The notes beneath the pieces are model-generated. The model had not been told where the DNA came from, ran no database searches, and saw nothing but the letters and a program-made list of their open reading frames with translations. A DNA stretch of 64,000 nucleotides, from the IMG/VR virus record IMGVR_UViG_3300026534_000102, positions 51,312 through 115,311 of that record, one strand, 5' to 3'. The DNA comes from a virus. The position numbers and the translations under genes were made by a program. This document shows, piece by piece, positions 58,731 through 64,000 of this stretch. Every line of letters begins with the position of its first letter. Position 1 is the stretch's first letter.

Positions 58731-59123
58731 CTATACCCCCGTAACTACTTCATCATCATTAAAATAAGTAGCATAAGCAGGACCACCTTGAACGATTGAA
58801 CTATGGTCATGCACTGGAACAGACACAATGCTAACTACTCCTATTTCTCCAGTTAATGAAAAAAAATTAATAAAATTCTTTTCTGGTCTTTTATGAGTAT
58901 AAACAACAGACATCCCTTCATTATGATCTGTTAAAGTCCCTACTATTTCATCCCCGACTCCAAACCCATTGACTAAATTATATTGTTTGCCGCCAAAAAT
59001 AATTGTCTGCTCTGGCCAGGCAAAAAACCCTATCCCTCTAGTTCCAGGGGTATTCTCCATTAGTATTGATATTATCAACTGCATTCCTGGAATCAAAAAA
59101 ATTGACTTTTCAGATGCTGACAT
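58731..59123 (-). CDS. Hypothetical protein with HxH motif (possible spike or tip component)
   Basis: VPVHDHSS near the C-terminus; follows hub-like genes. Confidence 0.4.
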   Translation of the reverse strand: MSASEKSIFLIPGMQLIISILMENTPGTRGIGFFAWPEQTIIFGGKQYNLVNGFGVGDEIVGTLTDHNEGMSVVYTHKRPEKNFINFFSLTGEIGVVSIVSVPVHDHSSIVQGGPAYATYFNDDEVVTGV

Positions 59124-59137
59124 TTAATTCACCTCTC

Positions 59138-59716
59138 CTATTGACTTTTAATAGATACTCTAATTGGAACATTATTGTCTTTATTACCTCTTTGTACATT
59201 TCTGCCCACAGACTCAGGTAGTTTATTAATACTAGTGGTCTTAATAACTTCATTGTCCGTCATAACATCACCATCCGTAACCATTAACAAATTATTAGTA
59301 CTTAAATATTTAAACTTTTGACTCTTTAAATGTTGCCGTGTTACCCCAGTTATTTCACACCAACAGGCTTTTGTACTAATCTGTCTTCTAGTATACTTTT
59401 TATTTTCAAGTAATTTAAACATATCAGTACCCGACGCATTTACTATTACATATCTGGGGTCATCCCAAGAGGGTGACAAAGTAGCTTTAGTTATAATTCC
59501 CGTAATCAACAAATTACTATTCCCACCAGAACCCGCATAGATTCTAACTACTCCTTTAATAGAAGCTAAATCTATTTTAGGTACTTTCACTGAAAAATTA
59601 AAAGTCGAAGCTTGCCCTCGGGCTTTATGCACACTGAATGATTGAATAAAAGGAGTTTCTGCACTAATTCCAGCCCCCTCAATTCTAGCTCTTACTTTTA
59701 CTTGTTCAATAGCCAT
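59138..59716 (-). CDS. Putative baseplate hub / late control D-like protein
   Basis: IQSFSVHKARGQASTFNFSV...VRIYAG...ITGII...VNASGTDMFKLLE; near the tape measure. Confidence 0.5.
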   Translation of the reverse strand: MAIEQVKVRARIEGAGISAETPFIQSFSVHKARGQASTFNFSVKVPKIDLASIKGVVRIYAGSGGNSNLLITGIITKATLSPSWDDPRYVIVNASGTDMFKLLENKKYTRRQISTKACWCEITGVTRQHLKSQKFKYLSTNNLLMVTDGDVMTDNEVIKTTSINKLPESVGRNVQRGNKDNNVPIRVSIKSQ

Positions 59717-59722
59717 AAAATA

Positions 59723-61618
59723 CTATCCCTCCACCGGATTATTGTGCATACTCACAGATACCCTATCCCCAACTCTAATAATACTAGAAGTGGTATTTAT
59801 CGCTTGTCTTACACCAACACCATCCAATAAAACTTTAAACATCACATGATTACCCTCATCCTCTATGACTGTTCCATTTGCAGGAACCTCCTCGGTTAAC
59901 TTAGAAACTATTCCCGTTGTATTAGATGGAAGCCCATTAGATAAAAACGATCCCTCTGTTACAGACACAGTATACGATCCACTATCCGAATAAGAATAAG
60001 TCACTTCGTTTATAATGCCCCCAGAAGGGCCACGAGCACCAACATCGGGATTACAATTAGGACCGCATATATAAATAGTAGAAATACCCTTATCCGAAAT
60101 AAATAATTTATATAGTTCGTTAGATAGCCTCTCTGTTCCCGCCTCGTCCAACGATGACAGACTTAAACTTAATCCCGCCCCACCACTCATATCCTCTAAT
60201 ACCTGCTCCATTTCTGTATCTGTGAAAGATTGAGTAGTAGTGGGATCATGGTCAGCATATCCATCAGTTAAATCTATCAACTTACCGTTATAAGCTATTG
60301 GAGCTGGTTTTTGTGTCATCATTAATGGAGTAATTTGATATTTTAATCTGTCTCCTATGTCCGCAGCCGCGCCAAGTGGATCCTGAATAGTTATACACGG
60401 CGTATCTAAATCAATAATGGCATAAACTTGATGCACCCACAACCCTCTAACATTATCTGTGGGTAAAATACTACCTTTAATAATTGTATGGTCTTTACCG
60501 TATGTACAATCACTTCTTACAAAGGCAGTGACATCGTCACCATATAAAGGATTCAATCTTGGATCAGAACGATCAGCAAACTGTACAAAAACGGTACCTT
60601 CTTTATAACCAACTGCATAATGAATGCCCTCTTCCAATTTAAACACCGATTTTACTGGGTTGTTTAAAGCCACCCATAAATCAGTATTAGTAGGATCACT
60701 TTTTCCAGATTTAGCGGCCTCTATACTATTAGGAACGCCTACACAATATTCTAATTCCGTAGCAACAACAAAAACATTGGCAACTTTTATGAATTTATCA
60801 TATGGTACGCCCCTTATAGTAGTAAACCTTAATTCTGCAGGTAAGTCAATACTAATACCACTTATGGGGTTAGGTTCTTCTATGTCTCCATAACAATTGT
60901 AATCCTCTCCAGAAACCTGTTTTATTTTGGCCAAAGTTCCTATTTTTCCATCCGGGCTAATCAAAACAGGCACAGAAGCTTGCTTATTAAAAGAAATAGT
61001 AACATCCTCATTAACTTCTCCAGGATCTATATAATAAGCATACCCTATTATTCTGTCAAAGGGATTTAAAATTTCATATAAATTATCAATTCCATCCTTA
61101 TAACTACTAGATAAATGAGGATCATCATAGGTTATAATGTGATATGATTTAAAATATGGCCGCATACAATTACTAACCATATAATTTGCATCATAAAACC
61201 TAACTGCGTTACAAACCTCTAAGATATCAGATGTCTCTCCCATATATCTCTTAGGAAGGGGCTTTCCTCCAGTAACTAAAACCCCACTCTTTCTGGTAAC
61301 ATAATCTTGAGATTGTATTGTGTAGTATAAATCAGTTACACCTCTGCCTTCTTCTCCCACCCTAATAAACTCAGCTTTGCCCTCATTATTAATAATTAAT
61401 TCTTTATATTCTCCAGTTAAAGCTAGCTCTTCTAATAACGACAGTCTTATAGCTGTTAAAGCATCTAGTCGTTTAATGTCTACATGAGATAAAGGTCCTC
61501 CGCCCTGTCCGGTATATTCCACATCAAAAGCTTTAAGCACACTTTCAGCAACACTTTCAGTGGCCGCCGGCACCTCTTTAAATTCCCCTATTCCAAAATC
61601 CTTCCAAAAATTCTCCAT
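59723..61618 (-). CDS. Putative baseplate/tail-tip protein
   Basis: Acidic ~630-aa ORF directly after the tape measure; C-terminal OB-like GTVIED...IRVGDRVSV; start at 61618 behind GGAGGG. Confidence 0.5.
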   Translation of the reverse strand: MENFWKDFGIGEFKEVPAATESVAESVLKAFDVEYTGQGGGPLSHVDIKRLDALTAIRLSLLEELALTGEYKELIINNEGKAEFIRVGEEGRGVTDLYYTIQSQDYVTRKSGVLVTGGKPLPKRYMGETSDILEVCNAVRFYDANYMVSNCMRPYFKSYHIITYDDPHLSSSYKDGIDNLYEILNPFDRIIGYAYYIDPGEVNEDVTISFNKQASVPVLISPDGKIGTLAKIKQVSGEDYNCYGDIEEPNPISGISIDLPAELRFTTIRGVPYDKFIKVANVFVVATELEYCVGVPNSIEAAKSGKSDPTNTDLWVALNNPVKSVFKLEEGIHYAVGYKEGTVFVQFADRSDPRLNPLYGDDVTAFVRSDCTYGKDHTIIKGSILPTDNVRGLWVHQVYAIIDLDTPCITIQDPLGAAADIGDRLKYQITPLMMTQKPAPIAYNGKLIDLTDGYADHDPTTTQSFTDTEMEQVLEDMSGGAGLSLSLSSLDEAGTERLSNELYKLFISDKGISTIYICGPNCNPDVGARGPSGGIINEVTYSYSDSGSYTVSVTEGSFLSNGLPSNTTGIVSKLTEEVPANGTVIEDEGNHVMFKVLLDGVGVRQAINTTSSIIRVGDRVSVSMHNNPVEG

Positions 61619-61633
61619 ATAACCCTCCATAGA

Positions 61634-64000
61634 TTATATTAATGCATGAGTTTGATTTTTCAACAAGTTAGTAGTTCTTTCATATTTTTCATCTATATAA
61701 CTCACCCGACCTTTTAGTTGTTCTAATTCAGATCTGGAAGCATCGGCTGAAGTAGCCACATTATTTAAATCAATAGTTATTTTACCTACCATCTGATCTA
61801 CATTCTCTTTAGCTATTTGTTGAGCAGTATTGTAGTCTACACTTTTTTTACTCAAATCTTGTAAATCAGTATTCAGCATCACTATTTTATCTTTAGTAGT
61901 TTTATGATCATCCGCCAAATTAACTAAACTTTCTGCTATCACCCCTACTTGCTCGACAATATTATTGAACGTATCTGCACCAACGGAGGGATTATTATTC
62001 TCTACCCTCACAGTGTCTTTATCTAATTTTGCTGTCACAGTAATGTTATTTAAACTATCTGTATTTAAATCTACTTTCTTATCTGCTAACTCAAGTTTAG
62101 GAAAACTAACACTTTCAGCGGCGGTCTTCAAATGCTCCGCTATAGTGCTTCCAGCTAAGTCTGCATCTACTTTCACCGTCAAGTCTTCTGGTACATTAAT
62201 TTTTACTTCGGATCCTTCTATAGCAGATTTAGTTTTGTCTGCCAGCGTAGATGCTGCTTCTTTCACATCTAATTTAATTTCTTTATCTTCTTCTTTTAAA
62301 CTAACAGTTAAATCTGTATCCTTTATTTTATCAGAAATGTCTTTACCCACATCAGACATGGCTTTTTTCAGTTCCTTAGATAATTCTGTTAAATCCAATT
62401 TAGAACTGTTAAGGGAGGCTTTGTTAGTAGAGTTATTCAAAATAGAAGTTAAGCTAGTGCTATCCTCAGAAGAAATCTTTTTAGGAATAACTACTTCACC
62501 GCCTTCCATGTAGTACGGCCCTGATTTTGGAATCAGCCCTCCACCATGCTTAGTATAAGCCGTTGTCTCTTTTGCTTTAAAAAACTTAGCAAATATTGAT
62601 TTAAACTGGGCTGTCATGTTAGATTTCAAAACCTGCATCATATCAGAAGCATTTACATTCTCACCTAACCCTAAAGAACTAACATTAGTAGTTGCAGTGG
62701 GATTAAACAAACCCGTTATAAGTTTATTTATCTGGGTCTTACTTAGTGCTGGAGACCCAATCACTTTTTCTGTCTGTTGAGCTTTTTTAAAACTCTTAGA
62801 AAACAATAAATTTTGAGCTCTACCTGCCAAAGGACCAAAAGCACCATTATTTTTATCCCCATATTTAGATAAAATAGACTTTTTTCTAAAGTCCATGCCT
62901 ATGTAATATTGAGGCATTGCTGCTAATTTTGATCTACGTTGAGCATTTTCCAACTCTATATAAGCATCCCGTATCTTTTTATTTGGGCTCAACCAAGCCC
63001 TATCACGACTATTCCTGACTTTCTGAAGTAGGTTGGTTAATTTTGTAAAACGATCTATCTTTCTCTTAGCAGCTTCAAATTGCTGTTCTCCATTTTTCTG
63101 AACAGAGTAATACTGTTGTAAATAACCTCTTTTAATTATGTTATTAAAATTCTTAGAAATAGTTAAATCATTTGCACCTTGATTATCTACGTCCATATTA
63201 GAAATACCTCTACCAGAAACACCTTTTTTGGTAGTATATTTCCAATTGGGCACATTTTTAGAAGTTACTAATGCCTTTTTAAGCTCTGTATTAGCTATAT
63301 CAGACACAGGCATTCTATGGTATGTGGTGCCTTTCCCCGCGACCGGAGAAAAAGTAGATTTATAAGTCCCTTTTCTAATAGCTTCATCATACGCCAACCG
63401 ATCTCTTATTAATTTAGATTCCTTGGTTAAAGGTTTTTTTACAGCCAAACCAGACATATAACTTTTGCCTGGTTTAAAATCACCCATATTTAAATTCATT
63501 GGACCAGGACCAACAGTTTTCTTATAATTCTCTAAGTGTACACTAGCTATCTTGTCTATAAAATTACCTATCTTACTCATTCCCAACGATACACTTCTTT
63601 TATCATAAACAGGAATCCCAAAAACGGCCCCTAATTGATTAGTCCCAACAACACCAAAAGGATTTCCAATACTATCGTTTGTAGTAGTACCGGTAATAGA
63701 AATCTTATTTATGGGGGAAGTTGTTACCTTTTTTCTATTTAATCTAATCTGATCTCTTAAAATTTTACGTGCTTTCTCATACTCATCTCTATCTGTAAAT
63801 TCCTTATATTCATTTCCAGGCCCAGCTAAATAATACCTTACTTTTTTATCTTCCGTTATTCCACCACTAGCATATTTATTAGGATCAGCTTGATTCAAAA
63901 TCCTATATTGAGCGTCTCTATTATAAGAAATTTCGTGCCACTTCTTAATATTAGGTGGATGCTTGCTAAAATCATTCTCGCCTATGAAAAACTTTTTCAT
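61634..64000 (-). CDS. Tail tape measure protein, C-terminal part (probably 5'-truncated)
   Basis: KHGGGLIP...MEGGEVVIPK motif typical of tape-measure C-termini; Lys-rich helical region and coiled-coil end; ORF touches the window edge. Confidence 0.65.
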   Translation of the reverse strand: MKKFFIGENDFSKHPPNIKKWHEISYNRDAQYRILNQADPNKYASGGITEDKKVRYYLAGPGNEYKEFTDRDEYEKARKILRDQIRLNRKKVTTSPINKISITGTTTNDSIGNPFGVVGTNQLGAVFGIPVYDKRSVSLGMSKIGNFIDKIASVHLENYKKTVGPGPMNLNMGDFKPGKSYMSGLAVKKPLTKESKLIRDRLAYDEAIRKGTYKSTFSPVAGKGTTYHRMPVSDIANTELKKALVTSKNVPNWKYTTKKGVSGRGISNMDVDNQGANDLTISKNFNNIIKRGYLQQYYSVQKNGEQQFEAAKRKIDRFTKLTNLLQKVRNSRDRAWLSPNKKIRDAYIELENAQRRSKLAAMPQYYIGMDFRKKSILSKYGDKNNGAFGPLAGRAQNLLFSKSFKKAQQTEKVIGSPALSKTQINKLITGLFNPTATTNVSSLGLGENVNASDMMQVLKSNMTAQFKSIFAKFFKAKETTAYTKHGGGLIPKSGPYYMEGGEVVIPKKISSEDSTSLTSILNNSTNKASLNSSKLDLTELSKELKKAMSDVGKDISDKIKDTDLTVSLKEEDKEIKLDVKEAASTLADKTKSAIEGSEVKINVPEDLTVKVDADLAGSTIAEHLKTAAESVSFPKLELADKKVDLNTDSLNNITVTAKLDKDTVRVENNNPSVGADTFNNIVEQVGVIAESLVNLADDHKTTKDKIVMLNTDLQDLSKKSVDYNTAQQIAKENVDQMVGKITIDLNNVATSADASRSELEQLKGRVSYIDEKYERTTNLLKNQTHALI

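Noticed and set aside
61965-62513. 182-aa plus-strand ORF and the other short plus-strand or nested ORFs in the track
   Set aside because: They are antisense or alternate-frame shadows of long, motif-bearing minus-strand genes and have no recognisable motifs.
1-64000. Stop-codon reassignment as seen in some large phages
   Set aside because: The standard code gives near-complete coding density with very long ORFs, and TAG, TGA and TAA stops are followed directly by the next gene's RBS or start.
63998-64000. ATG at 64000 as the true tape measure start
   Set aside because: It coincides with the window edge and no upstream sequence is visible; the gene probably extends further.

Overview
A 64 kb AT-rich, gene-dense segment, most likely from a large (jumbo-type) tailed bacteriophage genome. 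Every credible gene is on the minus strand, in the standard genetic code, often with overlapping stop/start codons and GGAG(G) Shine-Dalgarno sites. In transcription order (right to left) it has two parts. (1) 64000-14081 is a virion tail/baseplate region: the 3' end of a tape measure gene, hub- or tube-like proteins, small Cys-rich proteins, and many large Ser/Thr/Gly-rich proteins with Ig-like, discoidin, LamG, DUF2341 and beta-propeller modules. Embedded in it is a gene pair that looks like a catalytically dead ThDP decarboxylase (ComD/ComE or phosphonopyruvate decarboxylase-like). (2) After a sigma70-like promoter near 14.0 kb comes a bacterial-style replication/recombination module: DnaN clamp, RecA, DnaB, DnaG, SSB, a radical SAM enzyme, DnaJ, a Holliday junction resolvase and a Cas4/AddB-like nuclease. 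It ends in a glycosyltransferase - thymidylate synthase - glycosyltransferase cluster. The last glycosyltransferase is absent from the ORF track, runs off the left edge and carries a LAGLIDADG intein. The best candidates for undescribed biology are: a T-x-S-G motif strongly enriched in the outer structural proteins (possible virion O-glycosylation sequon for the phage glycosyltransferases); the ComDE-like pseudoenzyme inside the structural region; the intein-bearing glycosyltransferase cluster; and a plug-in adhesin architecture with shared terminal domains. All assignments come from reading motifs by eye; no database searches were run.
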